A DNA stretch of 43,558 bases from Chiloscyllium plagiosum (taxonomy: Eukaryota): assembly GCF_004010195.1 (NCBI RefSeq), contig NC_057718.1, positions 36,341,188 to 36,384,745 of the forward strand, written 5' to 3'. Positions 1 through 10,267 of the stretch are shown here, piece after piece. The notes beneath the pieces are model-generated. The model worked only from the letters and a program-made list of their open reading frames with translations, did no database searches and was not told where the DNA came from. Each line of letters starts with the position of its first letter. Within the stretch, counting starts at the first letter, position 1. The translations under genes were made by a program, and so were the position numbers.

Positions 1-786
1 ACCATTTCCTTAACCTGTCCTTGGTTTGCCACCAACACCCCTGAAATCCCAGATACCTTCCCCTGAAACCGGAAAAGATGCAAAACCTGCCAGTACGCCA
101 CCCTCCTCACCTCCATCCATAGCCCTAAACAGTCCTTCCAGGTGAGACAAAGGCTCACCTGCCTCTCTTCCAACCTAGTTTACTGTATCCGGTGCTCCTG
201 ATGTAGTCTTCACTCCATCAGTGAGACCAAACGTAAACTGAGCATCTCAGCTGGGCCCGCAGGGGCTGACCTGACACCCCCACCCCCCAAATCACCGCCC
301 ATTTTAATTCCCCTTCCCACTCTCTTTCCACATGACCATTCTTGCCCTTCTCCATTGCCACAATGAATCAGATCACAAATTGGAGGAACAACACCTCATC
401 TTCCGCCTGGATAATCTACAGCCCAGAGGACTCAATATTGAGTTCTCCACTTTCACATAACCTCCATTCCCATCACCTGACTCCCTTCCCCACCCTTCCC
501 CCACCTTACATTCCTCTTATTGACCCTTCCTTCCAGCCACCACTGGATTCATTCCTCTCATTGGCCAACCAGGCCGTACCCTCTACCTGTCTTCACCTAT
601 CCCCGCCTCACCACCCTCCCACCTCCACCCCCTTTATCTGCAACTCCCCTTACACCCACTGCAAGTCCTGAAGAAGGGTTACACCCGAAACTCAGTTCTC
701 CACCTCCTGATGCTGCCTGGCTTGCTGTGTTCTTTCAGCCTCCTGCTTGTCTACCTTGGACTCCAGCATCTGCAGTTTTTTGTCTC
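1..786 (+). mobile_element. Penelope-like retroelement, decayed 3' fragment (GIY-YIG remnant, C/T-rich UTR, terminal repeat)
   Basis: About 157-240 reads TCLSSNLVYCIRCS*CSLHSISETKRKL, matching the PLE GIY-YIG pattern NLVYCIxCxxCGxLYIGET. Ends in the cctgaagaaggg...gatgctgcctggcttgctgtg...ccagcatctgcag terminal repeat found elsewhere in the window. Confidence 0.8.
663..700 (+). ncRNA. Degenerate minimal hammerhead ribozyme motif in PLE terminal repeat
   Basis: CTGAAGA (668-674)-A-GGG-ttaca-CCC-GAAA (687-690). The downstream CGTC and stem I 3' strand are damaged. Confidence 0.5.
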
Positions 787-1852
787 CACCATCTCCTCTG
801 GCAGCATGTTCCAGGCACTCGCCACCCTTTGTGTGAAAAAGTTGCCTCACACATCTCTTTTAAAACTTCCCTCCTCTCAGCATGAACCAGTATCCCCTAG
901 TAATTGACCCCTCCACCCTGGGAAAATGCTCTTACTTTCCACCCTGTCCATGCCATTCACAATCTCATAAACTTCTATCAGGTCGCCCCTCAATCTCCTG
1001 TGTTCCAGTGAAAGCAAACCCAGTCAATCAAACCTTTCTTCAAAGCTGAAATCTCCCATACCAGATAACATCCTGGTAAACCTTTTCTGCACCTTCTTCA
1101 AAGCATCCATATCCTCCTGGTAGTGTGGTGACCAGAACTATATGCAATATTCTGAGTGTGGCCTAGCTGAAGTTCTATAAAGCTGTAGCATAACTTGCCT
1201 GTCCTTATACTCAGTGCCCCTTCCAATGAAGGCAAACATGGCATAGGCCTTTTTGCTACATTATCTAACTGCACTGCCACATTCAGTGATCTGTGGACCT
1301 GCATACCCAGGTCCCATTTTTCTGCCCATGCCTCCAACTGATCTATATCATGCTGTATCCTCTAACAATCCTCCTTGGTCTCCCACAATTCCATCAACAT
1401 TTGTATCATCCGCAAACTTATGAATATTGCTAATAAGTCCATTTGCTTCTAAATGCGTGCAGATCTTGTCCCTGAGAATCTTTTCTAATAATTTCCCTAC
1501 CACCAATGTGAAACTCACAGGTCTGTAATTTCCAGGATAATCCCTGTTACCCTTCTTCATAAATGGGATTGCATTGGCTATTCTCCAGTCCTCTGGGTCC
1601 TCACCTGTGGCCAAAGGATACAAAGATGTCCATCAATGCTCCAGCAATTCATTCACTTGCCTCCCTCAATATTCTGGGATAGATCCCATCAGGACCCAGG
1701 GACTTATCTACCTTAATACCTTTTAATACGCACAGCACCTCTTCCTTTTTAATAGCTACTTGGCTTAAAATTTGATATCCAATTCTCTGAGATCTCCTTC
1801 CACCAATTGCTTCTCTTTGGTAAATACCGACACAAAGTATTTGTTTAAGAGG
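787..1852 (-). mobile_element. CR1-clade LINE ORF2 fragments, internally deleted
   Basis: Minus ORFs contain KSLGPDGIYPRILREA, PEDWRIANAIPFMKKGNRDYPGNYRPVSFTLVVGKLLEKILRD and KFADDT, followed by a CR1-type 3' region. Confidence 0.9.
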
Positions 1853-1859
1853 AACCAAA

Positions 1860-2090
1860 GATCTGTCTTCTCAATTCCAAATATATTCGTCAAAAAACAT
1901 CCACAATCTTCTGAGTAAAGAATTCCAAAGATTCACAATCTTTCGAATGAAGAATTTTCTCCTCATGTCAGTCCTAAATGAACAGTTTCTTATCTTAAAA
2001 CTGTGCCCCCTAGTCGTAGATTCCCCTGCTAGTGGGAGCACATTTGACTTTATCATTTCAATCCACTTCAGAATTCTATATTTTTCAACA
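1860..2090 (-). mobile_element. CR1 3'-end fragment
   Basis: ORF 1871..2056 contains TRGHSFKI...RRKFFIRKIVNLWNSL, the CR1 ORF2 C-terminal motif. Confidence 0.8.
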
Positions 2091-2188
2091 CCAGCTGCCC
2101 GGTGTTGAAAGTCTGCCCGGTGCCTTTAATTAATGATAAGCTTCCTTCTATCAACCTCCACAGTCATTAATTACTTACCCTAAGGAAA
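2037..2188 (+). repeat. 152-bp direct duplication, copy 1
   Basis: Matches 2933-3084 with about 6 mismatches by eye. Contains a 10-bp inverted repeat TTTCAACACC/GGTGTTGAAA (2083-2110). Confidence 0.95.
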
Positions 2189-2590
2189 ATTATAATGAAT
2201 AACTATTTATTACACTTTTGCCATACATCGCTGTCTGATAGCAGATTTTGGACGCCTCAGAGAAAATACCAGCCTTTCTTTCTCCTTCACTTCCATGTAA
2301 TTGCTCTGTGCTCCTTACTGTCCGCTAGGCATCAACTCTTGCCTATTACTTCCTCCCAGTCTGTGCCAATCCTGCCCTTCTTCTTGCTCCCAGTTCTCCA
2401 CTTGTTGGCCTGAGGACAATGTCATGGGAGATGGAACGTAAATTGGAAGTGATTGTTAGATGTATTCACTGTATGATCTTATATACTGTGAGCTCCAGTC
2501 AGGAATTCAATTTATTTTTCTGAAACATCAATTGTTGGGAATTTTTTGAACTGAACCAAGCAACCGACAGCGTCATCATAGCAAGTAACC

Positions 2591-2928
2591 TAGATTAGAT
2601 TAGATTAGATTCCCCACACTGCGGAAACAGGCCCTTCGGCCTAACAAGTCCACACCGACCCTCCGAAGAGTAACCCACCCAGACCCATTCCCCTACCCTG
2701 TATTTACCCCTGACTAATGCACCTAACACTACGGGCAATTTAGCATGGTCAATTCACCTGACCTGCACATCTTTGGACTGTGGGAGGAAACGGGTGCACC
2801 CGGAGGAAACCCACGCAGACACGGGGAAAATATGCAAACTCCACACAGACAGTTATCCGAGGCTGGAATTGAACCTAGGTTCCTGGCACTGAGGCAGCAG
2901 TGCTTGCCACTGAGCCACCATGCCGCCT
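2591..2928 (-). mobile_element. HE1-type V-SINE (tRNA-derived)
   Basis: The reverse strand has a tRNA-like head (ggcatggtggctcagtgg...ggttcaattcc), the V-domain tgtgtggagtttgcatattttccccgtgtctgcgtgggtttcctcc and an (aatct)n tail. Confidence 0.92.
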
Positions 2929-2932
2929 TTAC

Positions 2933-3084
2933 AGCACATTCGACTTTATCATTTCAATCCACTTCAGAGTTCTATATATTTCAACACCAGCTGCCCGGTG
3001 TTGAAAGTCTGCCCAGTGCCTTTAATTAATGATAAACTTCCTTTTATCAACCTCCACAGTCATTAATTACTTACCCTAAGGAAA
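2933..3084 (+). repeat. 152-bp direct duplication, copy 2
   Basis: Copy of 2037-2188 that starts right at the 5' end of the SINE. Confidence 0.95.
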
Positions 3085-3832
3085 CATGGAAGTGGAAACA
3101 TGGAAGATACAGTATTTAGATGTGCAAGTTAACAATTGTTACTGCTTTATAATGACTTCTAAATAGTTTTATGTTACAGGTCATCTACAGTGTTTACCAA
3201 TTCACAAACTTGTGGTTCGGCATTCTAACATCATTCTGTCACCCAGCAAATTTCAAAATCTAAAATCAAAACCAACTTGGTCCAAAACATGCTGGATTGG
3301 AGAGGTTACAGTACACAATGATTTCTGCTGTGTTGGGAATGATGAAATTATTTTAGCAGCAAGGGTTCAGGATCTTTGTTGTAAATCTTCTGTGTAAGTT
3401 CATTTTGGTGTGACATAATTTCGGATCTGCCTGCAAGTACGGGTGGCATTGCTACCAGTCAATGCAGTTACTTCTCAATGTGTGTCAAATATACCATCCA
3501 GCTGTGGTATTTAGCATCTAATCTCGAGCCAGAATAGTCATTGAGTGGACAATTATTACTCTTGTTGGTTGGTGATAATGCATTATATTGAGCACTCATT
3601 CAAATATTCATTGTAATGGTCATTCCAGCAGCTAATCCCAAACGGCTACACATTTAGAATTAGTTAAAAATATTTGCAACTTTATTTTAAAAGGGTGAAA
3701 TTTTCATGAATGGAATGCTTGTTAAGACACCTTTGATTGATATACAGGTTATCTAATTCATGTTGGATCACTGATAATTCCGTACCCATCATATTACCTT
3801 TATTTGAAACAAATGTTTTGGTGCTTACCAAA

Positions 3833-5444
3833 GAGTGGGATATTCTGTAATGTTGTGAGCCATTGATCTAAATCTTACTACTTTTTCACCATGTGTCGAA
3901 TTTGTCGAGTTTCACAGAGATTTCTGTCTGGGAAGTTGAGCAAGTTCACCTCATTAATTTATAACCATGGCACCCTTCCGATTTCAGCCTGATTCTATCT
4001 CTTTCTGTATCCAGAACAACTCTCCATTGTCGGATTGCCCAGAATGGACTGGCATTCCTGGCACCATCTTTAAAAAGCTGTTGTGCAACCAGACAAGCAC
4101 TTGGTTCAGAGCTGTCCTGTATGGTTTGCCCTGGACATGGCAGAGAAGGGAAAATTGGCACCTCGCTTTGCGGGCAGGGACCTAGTGGTCCTGCTAGACA
4201 GGTCATGCACTGACAGGATTTTCAGACCATACCAGTTTGGTCTGAAGTTGCCACCCAGGTTTGAGCCATCTGGAGGAATGCTCTGCATTGGAGGAAGAAT
4301 AGCTTTCTCCATTCTGCCAGGCTAAGTACCACCATCTACTCTCAGCTACCTCATACTCACTCTATATCTGCTACCACACCCATCTCTGACCAAAGCTCAT
4401 GCTATACCGCTCTCACCATCTCTCCCACTCACTCTTAATCACCCCTTTGACACAGCCAATCCTGCATACCCTCTGTGCCACCAACATACTCAGGACCGTT
4501 CCCCACCTGCACCAAAACTACCAGAAGAAGGATCACTGGGACCCAAAATGTTAACTCTGCTTTCTCTCCCCAGATGCTGCCAGATTTGCTGAGTTTTTCC
4601 AGCAATTTCTATTTTTGTTTCTAATTTCCAGCATCCACAGTTCTTTGGTTTTTTTAGGTATTTAGTGTTATCTCCTATGAATTGTCTGAGGACCGCTGTA
4701 ACTATGACAAGCTTCCTTGCTTTTTGTCTGCACTAAATGGCAAGGTAAGTTGGCAGTACTGTGGGCCTGCTATTTCTGACTGTGGTGCAAAGTGCAAAAT
4801 GGAAAAGCAATGCAAGGCAATGTCATTGTGTGCATCCAGTAGATTCAAAGTAAGGGATGTGTTAAGAGGACAAGTCAACAGGCGAGAGATAAAACCAGGT
4901 GCAGTCCATGAACTGGATGTGTCCATGAATGCACGATGTCCTTGCAGCAGTGTTACAATGATCATTGCCATTGAACACTGAGGACAACACTGAAGTGACC
5001 CATAAGGGAACTGGAAATGTGCCATACAGGTACTTAGAGGCTGGCTCATGTTGGAACCAAGGTCTGTGAGCATGGATTTTGTGTGGTTGGTGCCCAGGGA
5101 CCATGCCCTGTGATGTTGGTGCCTGGCATCCAACTAAGAGGCTCTTTGCAGGAAGAGGTGAATTGGCATCATAAGTACCTGCTCTGACTTCCATGCTGAG
5201 AATTCTCGAGGTCTGGTTAGCTCATGGTGAGGTAATATGATGGAAAGCTGTATGTTAATGAGGTTAATAAGATCATTACTGAGCAATAATCCCCTTTCGC
5301 TGTTAACTCAAAGCTGCCTAATGACAATCTCAACTCAATGTAAGGAACCTAGTTATAAAATATAATGTTCAGAAAAACCTTGCTGGACATCTTGCACGAT
5401 TTTTCAAATTTTTCAGTCGTTCACACCCCTATAAGATTCCACTC
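3833..5444 (+). mobile_element. Probable PIF/Harbinger-type DNA transposon remnant with decayed Myb/SANT-like ORF (about 4137-4325)
   Basis: MAEKGKLAPRFAGRDLVVLLD, then after a frameshift VWSEVATQV*AIWRNALHWRK...LHSAR, resembling the Myb/SANT-like pattern PRF..DL..L...W..VA..V....R...QCRKK. Degenerate terminal inverted repeats gagtgggatattct (3833) and rc gagtggaatcttat (5444), 11/14 match. Confidence 0.55.
4522..4655 (+). mobile_element. Solo PLE terminal-repeat mini-element, decayed hammerhead core
   Basis: cagaagaaggatcactgggacccaaaatgttaac...cagatgctgccagatttgctgagtttttccagc...ccagcatccacagttc, same family as 19117 and 35500. Confidence 0.75.
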
Positions 5445-5629
5445 ACCAATTCTATTGTAATCAGTGTCAGCAACAAATACTCTTGGATCAAAAATAAAAC
5501 AGCCAAGATAGAAAGCAAAGCTTTCTGGATTCTGCCTGACAATGTTTCAACTCCAAACTTAATCCAACACCAGCAACTGCAGCTGTGTGATCTTTTACAT
5601 TTTCACACCATCCATCCTTGATGGTATTT

Positions 5630-5735
5630 TCATCAGTTTTTTCAGATGTGTTATGATATACCTCTGGACCAGGTGAAACTTGTACCTGGCCCTTCTGGCT
5701 CAAAGGCAGAGAAACAACCACTGCAGCACAAGAGC
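5630..5735 (-). mobile_element. Short tRNA-derived SINE
   Basis: rc gctcttgtgctgcagtggttg...aggtacaagtttcacctggtccagaggtatatcataacac has degenerate A/B boxes. A second copy lies at 35958-36040. Confidence 0.6.
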
Positions 5736-6587
5736 ACTCCAGTCAGTCATCTTTGTGACCTGGTCTCATAATTGCCAATTTGGATAAAGCATTGGAAATC
5801 TTCAGATATTGGCTTACACGCAGTAGAGCTGAGTCCTGCCCTAATCCATTTCACCTAAGTCTCTTAAACCTTGCAGAGCAACAAAAACTCTGTCTAAGGA
5901 GTTTGTTCCTGCATTCAAAACTAGGTCCCAGAGGTAAAACAAAGTACATTGACTACTACACCACTTGGTCTCGGATAGTGCCTTCAAATGTATCATTGGC
6001 TGAGTAGTTTAATTTTCTCTGTGATTTCTATTGGAGATTTTTTGATTCATACAGCATATATAGATAGAAGAAAGCATGTTAAAAATTGTCAGTTGGTCCA
6101 TTAAGATTGTTACTTCCATGTCTAATTTGCATTATCATAGACATCACTCAACTTAATTAATCACTGGAGAAATGTGAAGAACCACAGGCAAGGTTTTCAG
6201 CCTAAATTGCTGTGAAATTAGACCCTGACCCCTGATGGTAATCAAATAAAGAATATCAGTGAAATAATACAATCCGCACTATTCAATCTGTACTAGTAGA
6301 TATCAGGCTGAAGCCACAATGAGGGTTTTTCATTTGGGTCTAAAGGAATTGTAGTGGAAACCTGTAACCTGAGCAAATCAATGAGAGCCGTAAAACGTAC
6401 TTTGAAACAAAAGTTTGCAGAAGCATCATTATTGAAAACGCACTGAAGAACAAATCAGACTGCAGTAAAGGTGGAAGATTTGGTGATTTTGGTAATTTTT
6501 TAACAACAGTTTAACAAAGTTTGTGCGAAGATTTGTAGCTCGGGTGCTCGTTGTTGTGGTTCTGTTCGCCGAGCTGGGAATTTGTGT

Positions 6588-6629
6588 TGCAGACGTTTCG
6601 TCCCCTGTCTAGGTAACATCCTCAGTGCA
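6588..6629 (-). ncRNA. Minimal type I hammerhead ribozyme, intact core
   Basis: rc UGCA-CUGAGGA-U-GUUaCCU-agac-AGGgGAC-GAAA-CG-UC-UGCA: stem I UGCA/UGCA, stem II, palindromic ACGU mini-stem III, GUC cleavage triplet. Confidence 0.8.
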
Positions 6630-7555
6630 TGGGAACCTCCTTGGGAGCCTCTAGGAATTTCCTGGCTGTTCTCTGTTTGGCTTGTCCTATAATAGTAGCG
6701 TTGTCCCAGTCAAACTCATGTTGCATGGGATTTTGTACACTACATTGGTTTTGCTCATGCTGGGTATCGGATCCTTCGTTCTGGTGAGTTGTTGTCTGAG
6801 AATGGCTGTTGGTTTGTGTGCTGTTATGAGTCCTAGTGGTCGCAGTAGTATTGCTGTCAGTTCAGGAATGTTTTTGATGTATGGTAGTGTGGCTAGTCCT
6901 TTGGGTTGTGGCATGTCCTCATTCCGTTGTCTTTCCCTTAGGCATCTGTTGATGAAATTGCGGGGGTATCCGTTTTTGGCGAATACATTGTATAGGTGTT
7001 CTTCTTCCTCTTTTTGCAGTTCTGGTGTACTGCAATGTGTTGTGGCCCTTTTAAACAGTGTCTTGATGCAACATGTTTTGTGTGTGTTGGGGTGGTTGCT
7101 TCCGTAGTTTAGGACATGGTCTGTGTGTGTGGCTTTCCTGTATACCTTTGTGGTGAATTCTCCGTTCGGTGTTGTCTGTACCATCACGTCTAGGGACGGG
7201 AGTCGGTTGTCCCATAGGACAAACAGGAAGACAGCTAACGATCCGCATCCATGAACACCAACTAGCCACGAAATGACATGATCAGCTATCCTTAGTAGCC
7301 ACACACTCAGGTGACAAGCAACATGAGTTCGACTGGGACAACACTACTATTATAGGACAAGCCAAACAGAAAACAGCCAGGGAATTCCCAGAGGCATGGC
7401 ACTCATCCACAGATTCAATCAATACGCAAATTGACCTGGACCCAATATACCGACCACTGCAGTGGACACCTGGAACTGACAACCGGAAGCGGCAGGTACA
7501 AACCACTACAAATGCCGGAGGAAACATCACAGAAGTGCTTCACAGGAGGCTCCCA

Positions 7556-7597
7556 AGCACTGAGGACGTCACCTAGACAGGGGACGAAATGTCTGTA
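7556..7597 (+). ncRNA. Minimal hammerhead ribozyme, second copy with CpG-type decay
   Basis: GCA-CUGAGGA-C-GUCaCCU-agac-AGGgGAC-GAAA-UG-UC-UGU. Confidence 0.7.
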
Positions 7598-8749
7598 ACA
7601 CAAATTCCCAGCTCGGCAAACAGAACCACAACAACAGTTTAACAGTTTTTAAAAAAAATTATACAACTTCATTTTGGGTTCAATCTTTCCACCAATAGAA
7701 TGCTCAGAACATAAAATGGTTTAATCCTTGTATAAGTCACTCTGAATTAATGAGGAATGAAATTAATTGTTTGAACACTCTTCCATTAAGATATGGATTT
7801 GAGATAGCATCTTAAACTTTACTAGTAATGGAGATTTCCATCTCTCATGTTGAATATCAATTGTCATTAAACCCTATTCCAATGACCTTGGCGAACAAAA
7901 ACAACATTTTGAGGATTATTTTTCCTTTCCTTTTCTCTCTTCCCTAGACTAACTTGCAGTTTTTAACTGGATTTTCCTTTTATAATGAAAGGATATCACC
8001 TGGGATGTGTTTAAGACCCAATGCAGGCAAACCTTACATATTTTAATCAAAGGAACATGGTGTGATGTTTATCTTTTGAATCTTCAGCTACAGCAACATT
8101 TAAGGCACTGCAAACATAAATAGAGATCATTTGTTGAAATTGTGCACTTTAGCAGAGAAAACTTCAATACATAAAGGACTGAAAAGAATTGGACATACAA
8201 TGAGGACAAAAAAGGTAGAAATGCGAAAAAGGAAAAAAAGCTGATCAAGAAAACAAAATTAGTTGCTATTCAATCTGTTTGAATGGGCGATTAGAACAGT
8301 GGATTGTGTCCAGTGTTGCTAAGAATCCTCCCACTCACCCTCCTTTAGAGTGGGTCCTACTCCTCCAGACACAAAATAATGTTCCAGTGAAAGGAGGCCA
8401 ATATTATCTTCCGGTACTGCAGGATTCCTTTGCAAAGGTTAGTTCATTCTTCAGATATGATTTAAATTGCAGCAGTTGGTTTTGGACTTATCATATTTGA
8501 TAGTGATTATCGGTGCCAAGCACAAACTTATCCTCAGCAGACACTTGCAAACAAGCACTGTGAGCAGATGTGGCTGAGCAGTTATTAATCATGGGAATCC
8601 TGTCTCATTTTGCTGTCTATCCAGGAGTATGCTGCAATATATAATCCCCTGTTGCTGTGCCTCATCTGAAATCATCATAGTGACATAATCAAACTTGTAC
8701 CCTTTGCACTGAATAAACAACGTGAAGTTTCATAGAGACAGTGACGGCA

Positions 8750-8814
8750 GGTGAAATTAGATACGTTGGTTCTAATTTCACCAGCTCCCACCTGCTGGAT
8801 GCCAGGGGGTGAAG
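8750..8814. repeat. Hairpin-rich dispersed repeat, copy 1
   Basis: 12-bp perfect inverted repeat GGTGAAATTAGA/TCTAATTTCACC (8750-8782). 8762-8814 matches 13898-13950 at 48/53. Confidence 0.85.
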
Positions 8815-10139
8815 TGTTAGGACCGCCAGTGATTGAGTGGCACAAAATGGCCGACGGCTGCCTATTCCTAATGCAGCAGAACATGGTTGACAGCGGTCAG
8901 AGGGCTTGGGAAAAATATTTGCTTAATATAGTCTTCACAAGTAGAACAATACCAGCTCTGTAGACTCAAAGTTACTGAACACAATAGAATGTTTAGCTGC
9001 AGTTGCTTACGCATAAGACATAGATAAGAAGATTTCACACTATTTTGTTGTTTCTCTTGAATTATTTAATCAATTTGTTACAATATTTAGAGTAGGTCTT
9101 AGTTAAGATTCTTCAAATATTCATAGATATAGATTCTGAAGTAGTTATAGATCCACCTATATACAAAAAAATACTAAAAGAATTGGAGGAAAATTAGAGG
9201 AAAATTAGAGGATTTAGAGTATTGCTCCCTGTGGGGATGGGAATAAGGACTGCAGGGAGGATGAGTCAACTGACCACAGCATGATGGTGCAGGAAGCCAT
9301 TCAAGTGGGGGAAGAGAAGAGAAATATTGTTGTAATTGGGGATAATATAGTTAGGAGCATAGGCACTATTCTCTGTGACAAGGATCAAGAGTACCAAAGA
9401 TTGTGTTGCCAGCCTGGTGCTCTGGTTCAGGATATGTCATCTGGGCTGTGGAGGAACTTGGAATGGGAGGGTAAAGATCCAGTGGTCATGGTCCACGTAG
9501 ATTAAACTAGGGCAGAGATTCTGCTAAGTAACCATGAACAGCTCAGAGCTAAATTAAAAAGCAGAACCAAAAAGGTAATAATCTCTAGATTATTACCTGA
9601 GCCATGAGCTAATTGGCACAGGGTCAATAAGATTAAGCAGATAAAAGTGTGGGAAAAATGGGTTTGAATTCATGGGACATTGGCACCAGTACTGGGGAAA
9701 AAGGAACCTGTTCTGATGGGGAAGTCTTCAGCTGTACAGTGTAGGGACCAGAGTCCTAGTGAATTGCATAGCCAGGTCTGTAGACAGGGCTTGAAATTAA
9801 ATAGTGGGTGGGTGGGGGGGTTCAGTTATCGGGGAAATTCGAAAACCTGAAGTAAAAGAGGAGGTAAGAGTGCAGAACTCAGGAGAGATTATTAAAATCT
9901 CTAGCAAAGACACAAATAGGACAGAGTTTCTGGAAAGGATTAGCAATCAAACTTCAATTATACTGGACAAACAAATGACAATGAGAAGAGGGCTGGTGAA
10001 TACAGGAGTGAAGGTGTTATATCTGAATGCAATCAGCATAAGGAATAAGGTAAATGAGCTTGTGGCATACATCGAAATTAGCAGGTATGATGTGGTGGGC
10101 ATCGCGGAGATGTGGCTGCAAGGGGATCAGGATTGGGAG

Positions 10140-10264
10140 GAGAAAGTGAGGTCTGCAGATGCTGGAGATCAGAGCTGAAAATGTGTTGCTGGAAAAGCAC
10201 AGCAGGTCAGGCAGCATCCAGGGAACAGGAGAATTGACGTTTCGGGCATAAGCCCTTCTTCAGG
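10140..10264 (-). mobile_element. PLE terminal-repeat mini-element inserted in the CR1 endonuclease region
   Basis: Flanked by the 12-bp direct repeat caggattgggag (10128-10139 and 10261-10272). Removing it restores CR1 WLQGDQDWELNIQGY. Confidence 0.92.
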
Positions 10265-10267
10265 ATT
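10232..10267 (-). ncRNA. Minimal hammerhead ribozyme, intact core
   Basis: rc aauc-CUGAAGA-A-GGGC-uuau-GCCC-GAAA-CG-UC-aauu. One mismatch at the base of stem I. Confidence 0.75.

Larger units (their letters stand above)
6517..7629. mobile_element. Penelope-like element with head-to-head inverted structure
   Basis: Minus arm (about 7212 to 6517) encodes PLE RT C-terminus, linker and GIY start (LPSLDV..VYRKATHTDHVLNYGSNHP..NGYP..LPYI..NVVYKIPC). Plus arm (about 7213-7629) encodes IGQTGRQLTIRIHEH..HEFDWDN. Terminal repeats are inverted, with the 15-bp direct repeat aacaacagtttaaca at 6502-6516 and 7630-7644. Confidence 0.92.

Noticed and set aside
2083..2110. Rho-independent terminator-like hairpin
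   Set aside because: The DNA is eukaryotic with no upstream gene, so it is recorded only as part of the 152-bp duplication.
6682..7107. 141-aa hydrophobic + strand ORF resembling a membrane protein
   Set aside because: It is the antisense shadow of the Penelope RT/linker ORF on the minus strand.
6687..7304. 205-aa ORF as an intact gene
   Set aside because: It is chimeric: the N-terminus is antisense of the plus arm and the rest is a truncated, deleted PLE ORF.
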